From: an uncultured Bacilli bacterium
Lineage (GTDB): Bacteria > Bacillota_I > Bacilli_A > RF39 > UBA660
NCBI GenBank assembly: GCA_934153945.1
Contig: CAKPFM010000004.1
Coordinates: 34,469 to 98,468 of the forward strand
Length of the DNA stretch: 64,000 nucleotides
Direction of reading: 5' to 3'
Shown: in pieces, positions 52,074 to 62,453 of the stretch
How the letters are laid out: the number at the start of each line of letters is the position of its first letter
How positions within the stretch are numbered: the first letter of the stretch is position 1
Made by a program: the position numbers and the translations under genes
Notes under the pieces: generated by a model
The model's input: only the letters and a program-made list of their open reading frames with translations
Told to the model about the DNA's origin: nothing
Database searches by the model: none

Positions 52074-54182
52074 ATGAATATAGGAAATATTTATGATAAT
52101 CAAGAAGAAGATGTTTTAAGTAAATATGGACGTAATATTATAGAACTTGCTAAAGCGGGGAAAATTGATCCAGTTATTGGTAGGGATGAAGAAATAAGAA
52201 GTATTACAAGAGTTTTATCCCGTAAAACAAAAAATAATCCAGTACTAATAGGTGAAGCTGGAGTAGGTAAAACCGCTATAGTAGAAGGTTTAGCTTTACG
52301 TATCGTAAAAGGTGATGTACCAGAATCATTAAAAAATAAAACAATCTGGGAACTAGATATGGGTGCTTTAATAGCAGGAGCTAAATATAGAGGAGAATTT
52401 GAAGAAAGACTAAAAGCAGTACTAAAGAAAATAAAAGAATCAGATGGTAATATCATTATGTTTATTGATGAAATCCACATGATTGTTGGAAATAGTGCTG
52501 AAGGTAGTGTAGATACATCAAATATGTTAAAACCACTTCTAGCTAGGGGTGAAATAAAAGTAATTGGTGCTACCACATTAAATGAATATAGAAAATACAT
52601 AGAAAAAGATAGTGCTCTAGAAAGAAGATTTGAAAGAGTATTAGTAAATGCTCCAAGTGTTGAAGATACTATTACAATTTTAAGAGGTTTAAAACCAAGA
52701 TTTGAATTATTCCATGGAGTAACTATTAAAGATAAAGCATTAATAGCAGCAGCAACTTTATCAGATAGATATATAACAGATAGATTTTTACCAGATAAAG
52801 CAATTGATTTAGTAGATGAAGCTTGTGCTACTATAAAAGTTCAAATGGATTCAGTACCTTTTGAACTAGATAGTTTAACAAGAAAAATAATGGGACTTGA
52901 AATAGAATTAGAGGCAATCAAAAAAGATAAAGATGAAATGTCTAAAAAAAGAGTTTTAGCTATAAAAGATGAAGTAGCTATTTTAAGAAAAAAAGAACAA
53001 GAATTAAAAGGATCTTGGGAAGAAGAAAAGAAATTAAAAGAAACAATTAATAAAAAGAAAGATGAATTAGAAAGAAATAAGTTTTTACTTGAACAAGCTG
53101 AAAATAATTATGATTTAGAAACAGCAGCTCGTATTAAACATGGTGTAATACCTACTTTAGAACAAGAATTAGAAAATTTGAAAAAACAAGATAATTATAA
53201 ATTATTAAGTGATTCAGTAACAGAAGAAGATATAGCAAAAGTAATATCTAAAATGACAAATATTCCAATTCAAAAATTAGTAGGTGGAGAAAGAGAAAAA
53301 TTATTACATTTAAAAGAAAACATGGAAAAAAGAGTAATGGGTCAAGATGAAGCTATAAGTAAAGTAAGTTCAGCTATAATAAGAGCAAGAGCAGGTATTA
53401 AAGATCCAAATAGACCAATTGGTTCATTTATCTTTTTAGGTCCAACTGGAGTAGGTAAAACAGAAGTAGCTAAGACACTAGCAAGCGAACTATTTGATGA
53501 TGAAAGACACATTATAAGAATTGATATGAGTGAATACATGGAAGCTTACAATGTTTCAAGATTAATTGGTGCTCCTCCAGGATATGTAGGATATGATGAA
53601 GGTGGACAATTAACTGAAAAAGTAAGAAGAAATCCATATAGTATAGTTTTGTTTGATGAAATAGAAAAAGCCCATCCAGATGTATTTAATATATTGTTAC
53701 AAATACTAGATGATGGTAGAATAACTGATTCACAAGGTAGAACAGTAGACTTTAAAAATACGATTATTATAATGACATCTAATTTAGGTAGTGAATATAT
53801 TTTAGATAATAAAGAAAATAGTAATGAATTAGTAATGAATGAATTAAAACATACATTTAAACCAGAATTTATAAATCGTATAGATGAAATAATTATATTT
53901 AATCCATTAGCTAAAAAAGTAGTTTATAATATTGTTGATAAATTATTAAATGAATTAGAATTAAGATTAAAAGATAAATTAATTAAAATAGATATAACTG
54001 ATAAAGCTAAAGACTTTATTGTAGATAATGCTTATGATGAATCATTTGGTGCTAGACCTATAAAAAGATATATTGTAAGTAATATCGAAAACTTAATTGC
54101 AAGTAAAATAATTAATGATGAAATTAAATATAATAGTACTATTTTAATAGATATAGAAAATGATAAATTCATAATAAAATAA
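52074..54182 (+). CDS. clpB: ClpB-type AAA+ disaggregase lacking the N-terminal domain
   Basis: Two Walker A motifs ([18 protein letters not shown]), a long coiled-coil M-domain, and no ClpP-docking IGF loop. 702 aa, starting where canonical ClpB NBD1 begins. Confidence 0.8.
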   Translation: MNIGNIYDNQEEDVLSKYGRNIIELAKAGKIDPVIGRDEEIRSITRVLSRKTKNNPVLIGEAGVGKTAIVEGLALRIVKGDVPESLKNKTIWELDMGALIAGAKYRGEFEERLKAVLKKIKESDGNIIMFIDEIHMIVGNSAEGSVDTSNMLKPLLARGEIKVIGATTLNEYRKYIEKDSALERRFERVLVNAPSVEDTITILRGLKPRFELFHGVTIKDKALIAAATLSDRYITDRFLPDKAIDLVDEACATIKVQMDSVPFELDSLTRKIMGLEIELEAIKKDKDEMSKKRVLAIKDEVAILRKKEQELKGSWEEEKKLKETINKKKDELERNKFLLEQAENNYDLETAARIKHGVIPTLEQELENLKKQDNYKLLSDSVTEEDIAKVISKMTNIPIQKLVGGEREKLLHLKENMEKRVMGQDEAISKVSSAIIRARAGIKDPNRPIGSFIFLGPTGVGKTEVAKTLASELFDDERHIIRIDMSEYMEAYNVSRLIGAPPGYVGYDEGGQLTEKVRRNPYSIVLFDEIEKAHPDVFNILLQILDDGRITDSQGRTVDFKNTIIIMTSNLGSEYILDNKENSNELVMNELKHTFKPEFINRIDEIIIFNPLAKKVVYNIVDKLLNELELRLKDKLIKIDITDKAKDFIVDNAYDESFGARPIKRYIVSNIENLIASKIINDEIKYNSTILIDIENDKFIIK

Positions 54183-54213
54183 GTTAGTATTAATTTACTA
54201 GCTTTTTTGTTTT
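54182..54213 (+). terminator. Intrinsic terminator after clpB
   Basis: agttagta-ttaatt-tactagct followed by a T-run. Confidence 0.6.
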
Positions 54214-54286
54214 CACTTAGTTTACGTTTCTATCTTTACAAATGTATAAATTTCATGTATAATGAACTAAGTTATAGAGGTGCGCT

Positions 54287-54907
54287 ATGAAAGAAAAATT
54301 ATCATTATTATATAAAATTATTATTGTTATTGTATGTGGATTTGGAATTTATTTAAATTTTAAGGCATTTACAGTAGGTGGAGCAATAATATATTATACA
54401 GTACAAAGTAATGTAATGTGTTTTATATTTTATTTAGTAACTGTTATATTAAAAATAGCAGGAAAACTAAAGAAAAATTCAAATTATTATATTTTAAAAG
54501 GTATGGTAACAATGGCTATTACTGTTACAATGGTAGTATTTCAATTTGTAATTACTGACTCAGGAATGACAGCATATGCTGGCAATGAACTAGCAAGTAT
54601 AATGGCCCATATAGTAGTTCCATTATTAGTTATGAGCGATTATGTAATATTTGGAGAAAAAGGAAATTTAAAAAGAAATTATCCATTTATATGGAGTGCT
54701 ACATTGGTATTTTATGTAATATTTGATTTTGTCTATGTAGCTTTAGGTGGTAGATTTGGTGATGGTAGTATATATCCTTATTTATATATGAATATAGAAG
54801 TAAATGGATTATTAAAAGTAATAATTAGTTGCATAACAATATTTATTTTATTTATAGGATATGGAACAATTATTCAAACTATAGACCAAAAATTAGGTAA
54901 GAAATAG
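54287..54907 (+). CDS. Polytopic membrane protein, unknown function
   Basis: Six hydrophobic segments. 206 aa. Confidence 0.45.
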   Translation: MKEKLSLLYKIIIVIVCGFGIYLNFKAFTVGGAIIYYTVQSNVMCFIFYLVTVILKIAGKLKKNSNYYILKGMVTMAITVTMVVFQFVITDSGMTAYAGNELASIMAHIVVPLLVMSDYVIFGEKGNLKRNYPFIWSATLVFYVIFDFVYVALGGRFGDGSIYPYLYMNIEVNGLLKVIISCITIFILFIGYGTIIQTIDQKLGKK

Positions 54908-54915
54908 GTGGTATC

Positions 54916-56703
54916 ATGAAAAATAATGTTAAAGGAATCAATAATAAAGTAGTAAGTAATTTAATTACAAATTTTCTATTAATAAAAAATCTTCCTACTC
55001 ATTATAAATTTGTTAGAGAAAATAAAAAAGGAAATCTATTAGGTAAAAAAGTTAAGTTTTCCCCATATTTAAATTTAATTGACCTTATGGAAAATAATCC
55101 AGAAATTAAAAATAAGGTTGCAATTAAACAAAATAGAGAAGTAACTTATTTAGAATTTCGAAAAGAAATAGATAAATTAGGTCAATTTTTACATTATGAA
55201 ATAGGTACATTAAAAGGAGAAAATATAACTATATGTGCTGAAAGTTCTATTGAAGGAATTGAGGCATTCTTTGCTTTTAACAAATTAGGATTAGTAAATG
55301 CTAGAGCATTTAATGGAGCAAAAAAAGATAAATTAAATCACAGTATAATTGATTTTGATTCAAGAATAGTATTTACCGATGATAATAATTTAGATGAGTT
55401 AAGTATTTCATTAGATGGTACAAGAGTAGAAAATGTTATTGTAATGTCTGAAGCAAAAGAAGAAAAAATAAATAATTTTAAACAAAAAAATCCAAATGTA
55501 AATATATATTTGTGGAGTGAAATAATATCTAAAGAATATCCATATGATGATTATATTGAAAAAGTAGGAATAAATGATATGGCATCAATTTTATATACAA
55601 GTGGTTCAGGTGGAGAACCAAAGCCAATTTCTATTACTAATAAAGTTTATGTAAATATGCCAAATATCGTGGAAACTACAGCTAATCAAAAAATATGTGA
55701 TGATGAAAAAGTAGTAGGTGTAGTATCACACGAATATCCATATGCTGCTATCAATAGTACAGTAATGATTTTATTGATGGGAAAAACGTTAATTTTACCA
55801 AAAACTGTTGAAAATAATGCATTAGATTTTCATGATTTAATTAAAAATCATCCAGATAAAATACAAGCAATTCCAAATTTTTATAAATTATTAGAAAGCG
55901 CTATTTCTAATGGAGAAGTAGATACAAACGATTTAAAACATTTAAAAAACATTGTATCTGGAGGAGAAACATATTTATTAAAAGAAAAAATAGATATAAT
56001 AAATTTCTTAAATAAATTTTTAGCTGATCCATTATTGATAGATGGATTTGGATTTGGAGAGTTAGGAAGTGCTACAGCACTAAAATTTGGATTAAGTAAT
56101 TATTTTCTACTCATGAATGGTATAGTTGCTAAAGCAATAGATGAAGAAACAGGTGAAGATTTAAAAGCTGGAAAAGAAGGAGTTTTATGTATATCAAGTC
56201 CTAGTATTTCTAAATGTTATTACAATAATGAAGAAGCAACTAAAGAATCTTATATAACTGATGAAAATGGAAATTACTGGTTTAAATCAGATACATATGG
56301 TTCAGTTCACGGTATGTTTAATAGATTAGTAAAATTAGGTGGTAGAATAAGGGAATACTTTATTACTGGAGATGGACATGGAAATTTTGTAAAAGTCTAT
56401 GCAGGAAATGTCGAAAATGCTATAATGGAAACAAATATAGTAGAAAATTGTATAGTTGTACCATCTGATTCAAGTGCTCTTCCAACAGCAGTAGCTTATA
56501 TTTCTATAAAAGAGGATTGTTTCTTAACTCCTGATGAAATAGAAAATAAAATAAAGGAATCTTGTAAAACACTAGAAGAATTTGCCCAACCTACTGAAAT
56601 TATAATAGAAAAAGAAATTAAAAGAACAGCTGCCCAAAAAAAGGATTATAAATATTATAGGCAATTACAATTAAATAAAGATAAGGTAAAAACACTTGGT
56701 TAA
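54916..56703 (+). CDS. AMP-dependent synthetase/ligase (adenylate-forming enzyme)
   Basis: AMP-binding signature YTSGSGGEPKP. 595 aa. Confidence 0.7.
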   Translation: MKNNVKGINNKVVSNLITNFLLIKNLPTHYKFVRENKKGNLLGKKVKFSPYLNLIDLMENNPEIKNKVAIKQNREVTYLEFRKEIDKLGQFLHYEIGTLKGENITICAESSIEGIEAFFAFNKLGLVNARAFNGAKKDKLNHSIIDFDSRIVFTDDNNLDELSISLDGTRVENVIVMSEAKEEKINNFKQKNPNVNIYLWSEIISKEYPYDDYIEKVGINDMASILYTSGSGGEPKPISITNKVYVNMPNIVETTANQKICDDEKVVGVVSHEYPYAAINSTVMILLMGKTLILPKTVENNALDFHDLIKNHPDKIQAIPNFYKLLESAISNGEVDTNDLKHLKNIVSGGETYLLKEKIDIINFLNKFLADPLLIDGFGFGELGSATALKFGLSNYFLLMNGIVAKAIDEETGEDLKAGKEGVLCISSPSISKCYYNNEEATKESYITDENGNYWFKSDTYGSVHGMFNRLVKLGGRIREYFITGDGHGNFVKVYAGNVENAIMETNIVENCIVVPSDSSALPTAVAYISIKEDCFLTPDEIENKIKESCKTLEEFAQPTEIIIEKEIKRTAAQKKDYKYYRQLQLNKDKVKTLG

Positions 56704-56741
56704 AAGTGTTTTTGTGTTATAATAGTATAGAGGTGTATAAA

Positions 56742-58571
56742 ATGTTTAACATGTATTTTCAATTTTTTGGATTATTAGATATTATTTTACTTACAATTGT
56801 ATATTTTACAAAGACTACTTTTAAAAGTGAGGAAAATAAAATATATGGGTGGTTAATAATAACAAGTTTTATAGGTCAAATATTGCATATTTTGAGTTAT
56901 ATAACAATTTATAATATGGAATATATTCCATTAATTAATATTATTGTAACAAAATCATATTTGATATACTTAGTGGTATGGATATCATTACTTTTTGTTT
57001 ATATATGTATAGTTACATATAAATATTCAAATCAAAAAGGAATTAAAAAGAAAATAAGAAAAATTAGTTTATATACATTTCTAATAGATGTAATAGTATT
57101 AATACTATTATTAATGTTACCAACATATTGTTTTTGTGATGGTAGTGTGGTATATACATATGGTGCAAGTGTAAATTTAATTTATTTAATATCAATTATG
57201 TATATTACTATATCATTATTAATGTTTATAACTCATTTTAAATTAATAGTTAATGCTGGATTAAAAAAATATATTCCACTTTTTGCATTTGTTTTAATAG
57301 GTAGTGTAGTTATGGTTATTCAATATACTAATCCAAGTTTATTATTAATAACATCTTGTGAAACTTTTATAACATTTTTGATGTATTTTACAATAGAAAA
57401 TCCAGATTTACAAATGCTAAAAGAATTTCATAAAGCAAGAAAATTTGCTGATGAAATAAATAATGAAAAAACAGAATTTTTATTTAATATGTCAAATGAA
57501 ATAAAAAATCCAATAAAAAATATTAATTTATTAAGTAAAGATATATTATCTAGTAATGAAAATACAAAAAAAGATGCATTAGAAATAAGTAGATTATCAT
57601 CACACTTAATTCAAATTGTCAACAATATTCTTGACATAACAGATTTAGAAGCTAGAAAAATAGTTATTCAAGGAACAAAATATAATGTTTCAAATTTGTT
57701 TCAAAGTATTAATAAACAATTTGAATCAAAATTGAATGAAGAAATTAAATATAATTTTAAATATGATAATAGTATACCAGAATATTTATATGGTGATTCT
57801 ATACGTATAAAGCAAGTTATGAATATTTTATTAGATAATGCTAAAACGTATACTAAAAATGGTTTTATTGATGTAAATATTAATTCTATAATTAAGCATG
57901 ATATTTGCCGATTAATAATAACAGTAGAAGATTCTGGTATAGGTATGACATTAGAAGAACAAGCTCATCTATTTGATAAACAAAAAATATATAGTGATGA
58001 GACACTAAAAATAATTGATGACAATCAAAATAATTTAGGAATAGCTAAATCATTAATTAATTTAATGAATGGAAGTATTATGGTAAATAGTGAATATGGA
58101 AAAGGAACTACATTTACTGTTGTATTAGATCAAAAGGTAACAAAAGAAGAAAAATCAAAACAAATAGAAGTTGTAGAAAAATATGAAGAGGTATATGTTA
58201 ATAATGATAAATTACTACTTGTTATTAATGATGCTGATTTAAGTAAAAAGGTTAATAAGCTTTTAAAAAAATATTCTATTGATATTGTAGAGGTAAAAGG
58301 TGGACAAGCCTGCTTAGAAAGATTAAGAAATAAGGAAAAATATAATTCAATTATTATTGAAGAGGAGTTAGAAAAATTAAGTTGTGAGGATACTTTAAAT
58401 AAAATAAAAGATACTCCAGGATATAAAATACCAGTAATAATAATGACTAAAAATAAAGAATTTGGATCAAAAGAAAAATATTTAGATAAAGGATTTAAAG
58501 ATGTAATATATTTGCCAATAAAAAAGGAAGATTTTATAAAAACTTTAGATAAGTATATAGAATTAAATTAA
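56742..58571 (+). CDS. Hybrid sensor histidine kinase-like protein with substituted phospho-sites (probable pseudokinase)
   Basis: ATG at 56742 after an AGAGGTG RBS. Six-TM sensor domain. H-box reads FNMSNEIKNPI, with AAT (Asn) at 57495-57497 where His is expected. N-box and G1 are present. The C-terminal REC-like domain has ...NSIIIEEE... where the phospho-Asp is expected. Confidence 0.6.
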   Translation: MFNMYFQFFGLLDIILLTIVYFTKTTFKSEENKIYGWLIITSFIGQILHILSYITIYNMEYIPLINIIVTKSYLIYLVVWISLLFVYICIVTYKYSNQKGIKKKIRKISLYTFLIDVIVLILLLMLPTYCFCDGSVVYTYGASVNLIYLISIMYITISLLMFITHFKLIVNAGLKKYIPLFAFVLIGSVVMVIQYTNPSLLLITSCETFITFLMYFTIENPDLQMLKEFHKARKFADEINNEKTEFLFNMSNEIKNPIKNINLLSKDILSSNENTKKDALEISRLSSHLIQIVNNILDITDLEARKIVIQGTKYNVSNLFQSINKQFESKLNEEIKYNFKYDNSIPEYLYGDSIRIKQVMNILLDNAKTYTKNGFIDVNINSIIKHDICRLIITVEDSGIGMTLEEQAHLFDKQKIYSDETLKIIDDNQNNLGIAKSLINLMNGSIMVNSEYGKGTTFTVVLDQKVTKEEKSKQIEVVEKYEEVYVNNDKLLLVINDADLSKKVNKLLKKYSIDIVEVKGGQACLERLRNKEKYNSIIIEEELEKLSCEDTLNKIKDTPGYKIPVIIMTKNKEFGSKEKYLDKGFKDVIYLPIKKEDFIKTLDKYIELN

Positions 58572-58671
58572 AAATACTTTAAAAAGGTATTTTTAATTTT
58601 ATCTTTAATTTAGATTGACAAAATAAACTAAAAATGTTAACATATACGCTACGTTAAGAGGGGATTTATAC

Positions 58672-59889
58672 ATGAATATAAATGAATTAATAGAAATATT
58701 ATACGAGTATATAATGGAAAAAAAGATAATTCAGGCAAAAGAATTAATTAAATATATGGTAAAAAATAATGTATGTGAAAAACTAACCATTTTAGAAAAA
58801 GTAAGAAATTATAGTAGAGAGAAACTTTCTTCAATAGATGATATAAAAAAGTTTGATTTAAATTATATGATTTTGATAAATTACAAATTAAGAGAAGTTT
58901 CCTATATTATTGAAAGATATATAAAGTTTGGAAGTTTAAAGATAAACCAACAAAATTATTTATTACTAATCAACTTCAAAAACTATGGTAAAGATTTTAC
59001 AGAATTAAAATTAGTAGTAGATGAAATATTAGAAAAGTTTAAAGATGATTTAAGTTTTTTACTTATTAATGAACAAATTATGAGAAGTACATATGAAGAA
59101 GAATTTAAACAATTATTGAAATCTAAAAATCCAGTAGAATTATTTAGAAAATTTAATTGGGACGATAAAAATTTCTATTTCAAATTATCATTATTTAGAA
59201 AAAAATATTATTGTAAAAAAGATCAAGAATATGCAGATTATTTAGAAAAAAAATATCAAGAATATTTAAAATTGTATAAATTTAATAATAATAGCTCAAG
59301 TTCAACTAATAATTATTTTCCATTGGAAGCAATAAAAGATTTATTTGCTAGTGGTTGTTCAATATATGAATATTGTGATAGACATCTTGAATATAATGTT
59401 TCAGACTTGGTAAAAACTATCAAAGCAACTTGTGGAGAAAAAGCTAAATCAGTTTTACAAAATTTACAAAATTTAGAGTCTCAAGAATTTAAACAAAAAT
59501 TAAATAATTTATTATTTCAAATTATTAATGATCCAGAATTTACAATTCTAGATTATTATTCGATAACAAAATTAAGTATAAATGATTTTAAAGCAAAGGT
59601 TGAATGTCATAATATTAATTTTTGTGAATTTATAACACATAACAGTGAGAAAAATTTCAATTATAGTAAAAAATCTTATTCACGTTTTAATAAAGAACAA
59701 GAAATGAAAATAAAAAGAATTATACATGGAATAGAAATTACAGAAGAAGATAAAATTAATATATTTAATTATTTAGAAAGTAATGAAGTACCGGTAAATA
59801 AATTTACTTATAGAGCCTGTATAAATAAATTAATAAATGGTACTTTAGATTTTAAACAAAAAAATAAATATTTAAAAGGTTCATTTTAG
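58672..59889 (+). CDS. Hypothetical protein
   Basis: 405 aa. Has its own promoter (TTGACA at 58613). No recognisable motifs. Confidence 0.5.
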   Translation: MNINELIEILYEYIMEKKIIQAKELIKYMVKNNVCEKLTILEKVRNYSREKLSSIDDIKKFDLNYMILINYKLREVSYIIERYIKFGSLKINQQNYLLLINFKNYGKDFTELKLVVDEILEKFKDDLSFLLINEQIMRSTYEEEFKQLLKSKNPVELFRKFNWDDKNFYFKLSLFRKKYYCKKDQEYADYLEKKYQEYLKLYKFNNNSSSSTNNYFPLEAIKDLFASGCSIYEYCDRHLEYNVSDLVKTIKATCGEKAKSVLQNLQNLESQEFKQKLNNLLFQIINDPEFTILDYYSITKLSINDFKAKVECHNINFCEFITHNSEKNFNYSKKSYSRFNKEQEMKIKRIIHGIEITEEDKINIFNYLESNEVPVNKFTYRACINKLINGTLDFKQKNKYLKGSF

Positions 59890-59900
59890 AACCTTTTTTT
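59876..59900 (+). terminator. Intrinsic terminator
   Basis: aaggttc-atttta-gaacctt followed by T7. Confidence 0.65.
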
Positions 59901-59926
59901 GATATAATGTTATTAGGTGATTAAAA

Positions 59927-60172
59927 ATGGATATAGCAGAAATTGTTAATGATATGGATTTAGTATTAGAAGGAATACCGTTTAGTAGTGACAATAAAAA
60001 TATTCAAAAGGGATTATCTATTTTAGAACACAATGTTCCAAATTTTGAATATTCAAAAAATAATTTAAATCTTTTACAAAAAATAGAAGAAATAAAAAAC
60101 TATTACTATAGTTTAGGATATAATAATAGTTCAATTTTAGAGATTTTATCAATTGGACAAAAAGTAAGATGA
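59927..60172 (+). CDS. Small hypothetical protein
   Basis: 81 aa. Its stop overlaps the hemW start. Confidence 0.3.
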   Translation: MDIAEIVNDMDLVLEGIPFSSDNKNIQKGLSILEHNVPNFEYSKNNLNLLQKIEEIKNYYYSLGYNNSSILEILSIGQKVR

Positions 60173-61248
60173 AATCAGTATATATACATATACCTTTTTG
60201 TAATACAATATGTAGTTATTGTGATTTTCCTAAGGTATATAGTAATGTATGTAATAAAGATTTATATTTAGATTCTTTAAAAAAAGAAATTCAAAATAAT
60301 TATAAAAATGAAATAATAAATACAATATATATAGGTGGAGGAACACCTAGTATATTATCAATTAAAGAATTAGAAAAATTACTAGAAATAACTAATTTAT
60401 TAAAAAAAAATGATAATATAGAATTTACTATAGAATGTAATGTAGAATCAATAGATGAAGAAAAATTAAAATTATTAAAAAAATATAATGTAAATAGAAT
60501 TAGTATTGGTATAGAATCATTTGATAAGAAAATAATCTCTTATTTAAATAGATTTCATACTAAAAAAGAAGCTATAAAAAAAATAAAATTAGTAAAAAAG
60601 TATTTTGATAATATAAATATTGATTTGATGTATGCTGTACCTAATCAGAGTATAAAATCATTAAAAAAAGATATAAATACATATCTTAAATTGAAAATAC
60701 CACATATATCATATTATTCATTAATAATAGAACCTCATACTAAACTATATAATGAAAATACTAATTATATTGATGAAGATATAGATTATAAAATGTATAA
60801 AATAATAACCCAAAAATTAAAAAAATATCATCATTATGAAATAAGTAATTTTTCATTTAGAGGTTATGAATCTAAACATAATTTAGTTTATTGGAACAAT
60901 GAAGAATATTATGGTTTTGGTGTAGGTGCTAGTGGATATATAAATGGTATTAGATATAATAATACAAAGAATATTCATAAATATATGAGTGGTAATTATA
61001 AATTAGAAGAAACTAAACTAACTGAATTAGAAAAAATGCAAGAAGAAATGTTTTTAGGACTTAGAAAATTAGATGGTGTTAATATAGAAAATTTTGAAAA
61101 AAAATATCATAAAAAAATAGAAGAAGTTTTTGATATTAATGATTTGTTAGAAAAAAATATTTTAGTAAAAAAAGATGGATATATATTTATAAATAAAGAT
61201 AATATATATACATCAAATGATATTATGATTAGATTTGTAGGTGATTAG
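60169..61248 (+). CDS. hemW: Radical SAM heme chaperone HemW (HemN-like)
   Basis: CxxxCxxC radical-SAM motif (FCNTICSYCDF). 359 aa. Confidence 0.85.
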   Translation: MKSVYIHIPFCNTICSYCDFPKVYSNVCNKDLYLDSLKKEIQNNYKNEIINTIYIGGGTPSILSIKELEKLLEITNLLKKNDNIEFTIECNVESIDEEKLKLLKKYNVNRISIGIESFDKKIISYLNRFHTKKEAIKKIKLVKKYFDNINIDLMYAVPNQSIKSLKKDINTYLKLKIPHISYYSLIIEPHTKLYNENTNYIDEDIDYKMYKIITQKLKKYHHYEISNFSFRGYESKHNLVYWNNEEYYGFGVGASGYINGIRYNNTKNIHKYMSGNYKLEETKLTELEKMQEEMFLGLRKLDGVNIENFEKKYHKKIEEVFDINDLLEKNILVKKDGYIFINKDNIYTSNDIMIRFVGD

Positions 61249-61824
61249 ATGGATAAAGTATCAAAATTTGAAACAGAAATTAATTATATTAAAAATAAAA
61301 AATATCAAGATAATTTAAAGATATTAATAAATTTATTACCAGATTATTTCTTTAGTGTACAAGCATCTTCTACTGGTAAATATCATCCAGCTTTTACATT
61401 AGGTGAAGGCGGTTTAGTAAGACATACAAAAGCTGTAGTTAGAATTGCTTATGAATTATATAATGATGAATCAATTACAGGATGTTTTAATCAAGATGAA
61501 AAGGATTTAATGATAGTTGCTTTAGTTTTACATGATGGATTAAAACATGGGTTAGAAAAATCAGAATATGTAGTATTTGAACATCCACTTATTATGGGTG
61601 AATATATAAAAAATAATAAAGATAAATTAACATTAACTGATAATGAAATAGAATTTTTAGTCAATGTAATATCATCACATATGGGACCTTGGACTAAGGA
61701 TTATAAAGGAAATGAAGTATTACCAAAACCTGTAAACAAATACCAGAAATTTGTACATATGTGTGATTATTTAGCAAGTCGTAAGTTTTTAAATATTAAT
61801 TTTGAAAATGATGAGATAGTTTAG
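61249..61824 (+). CDS. HD-domain phosphohydrolase
   Basis: H...HD...H...D metal-binding pattern (VLHDGLKH). Confidence 0.65.
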   Translation: MDKVSKFETEINYIKNKKYQDNLKILINLLPDYFFSVQASSTGKYHPAFTLGEGGLVRHTKAVVRIAYELYNDESITGCFNQDEKDLMIVALVLHDGLKHGLEKSEYVVFEHPLIMGEYIKNNKDKLTLTDNEIEFLVNVISSHMGPWTKDYKGNEVLPKPVNKYQKFVHMCDYLASRKFLNINFENDEIV

Positions 61825-61855
61825 AAGAAATTATAAAGCGATTTCTTCTTTTTTT
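61823..61855 (+). terminator. Intrinsic terminator
   Basis: agaagaaat-N9-atttcttct followed by T6. Overlaps the 3' end of the convergent XRE gene. Confidence 0.55.
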
Positions 61856-62289
61856 CTACATATATCATTAATTGAAATGTTAAAATGTTTACAAAAAATG
61901 TATAGTACTGGTATTGAAATCATAATTTTACCTTTTTCATATTTATTAATACATGCTTGTGTTACACCAATTAGTTTTGCCATTTCTTCTTGTGATAAAT
62001 GATTTGAAATCCTGACATTTCTAATATTATTTCCTAATTCTTTTAGATCAATATTTCCAATACTATCTTTATTATCCTTACAATTTGATATATTTAAAAT
62101 GTAATCTATATTTATATTAAAATAATCCGAAAATTTACATAATGGCTTTAGTGGAATAATATTAATTCCGAGTTCCCACAAAGAGTACGTAGAACGACTA
62201 ACTTCCAAAATATTAGCCATTTGTTGTTGTGTTAAATCATGATCTTCTCTTATTTCTTTTATTTTTTTAAAATTTAACATCAATATCAC
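61831..62289 (-). CDS. XRE-family transcriptional regulator with two HTH domains
   Basis: Two HTH_XRE repeats: LTQQQMANILEVSRSTY and LSQEEMAKLIGVTQACI. Confidence 0.8.
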   Translation of the reverse strand: MILMLNFKKIKEIREDHDLTQQQMANILEVSRSTYSLWELGINIIPLKPLCKFSDYFNINIDYILNISNCKDNKDSIGNIDLKELGNNIRNVRISNHLSQEEMAKLIGVTQACINKYEKGKIMISIPVLYIFCKHFNISINDICRKKEEIAL

Positions 62290-62393
62290 CTATAATAATT
62301 GTTACACTTTAGATACAAAAAAAATGAAAATTGCTATTATGAGTTATAAAAAATACTATTTTGTGTTATAATTGAGATACAGTAGAGAATAGA

Positions 62394-62430
62394 TTATGTA
62401 TTTTAATAATTTTTCATTTAAAATACATAA
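62394..62430. promoter_or_regulatory. 13-bp perfect inverted repeat with an 11-nt spacer; candidate operator
   Basis: ttatgtattttaa-taatttttcat-ttaaaatacataa, located 24 nt upstream of the pilin-like gene RBS. Confidence 0.45.
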
Positions 62431-62453
62431 TAAGAGTAGTGAGGAGTTTTAAT

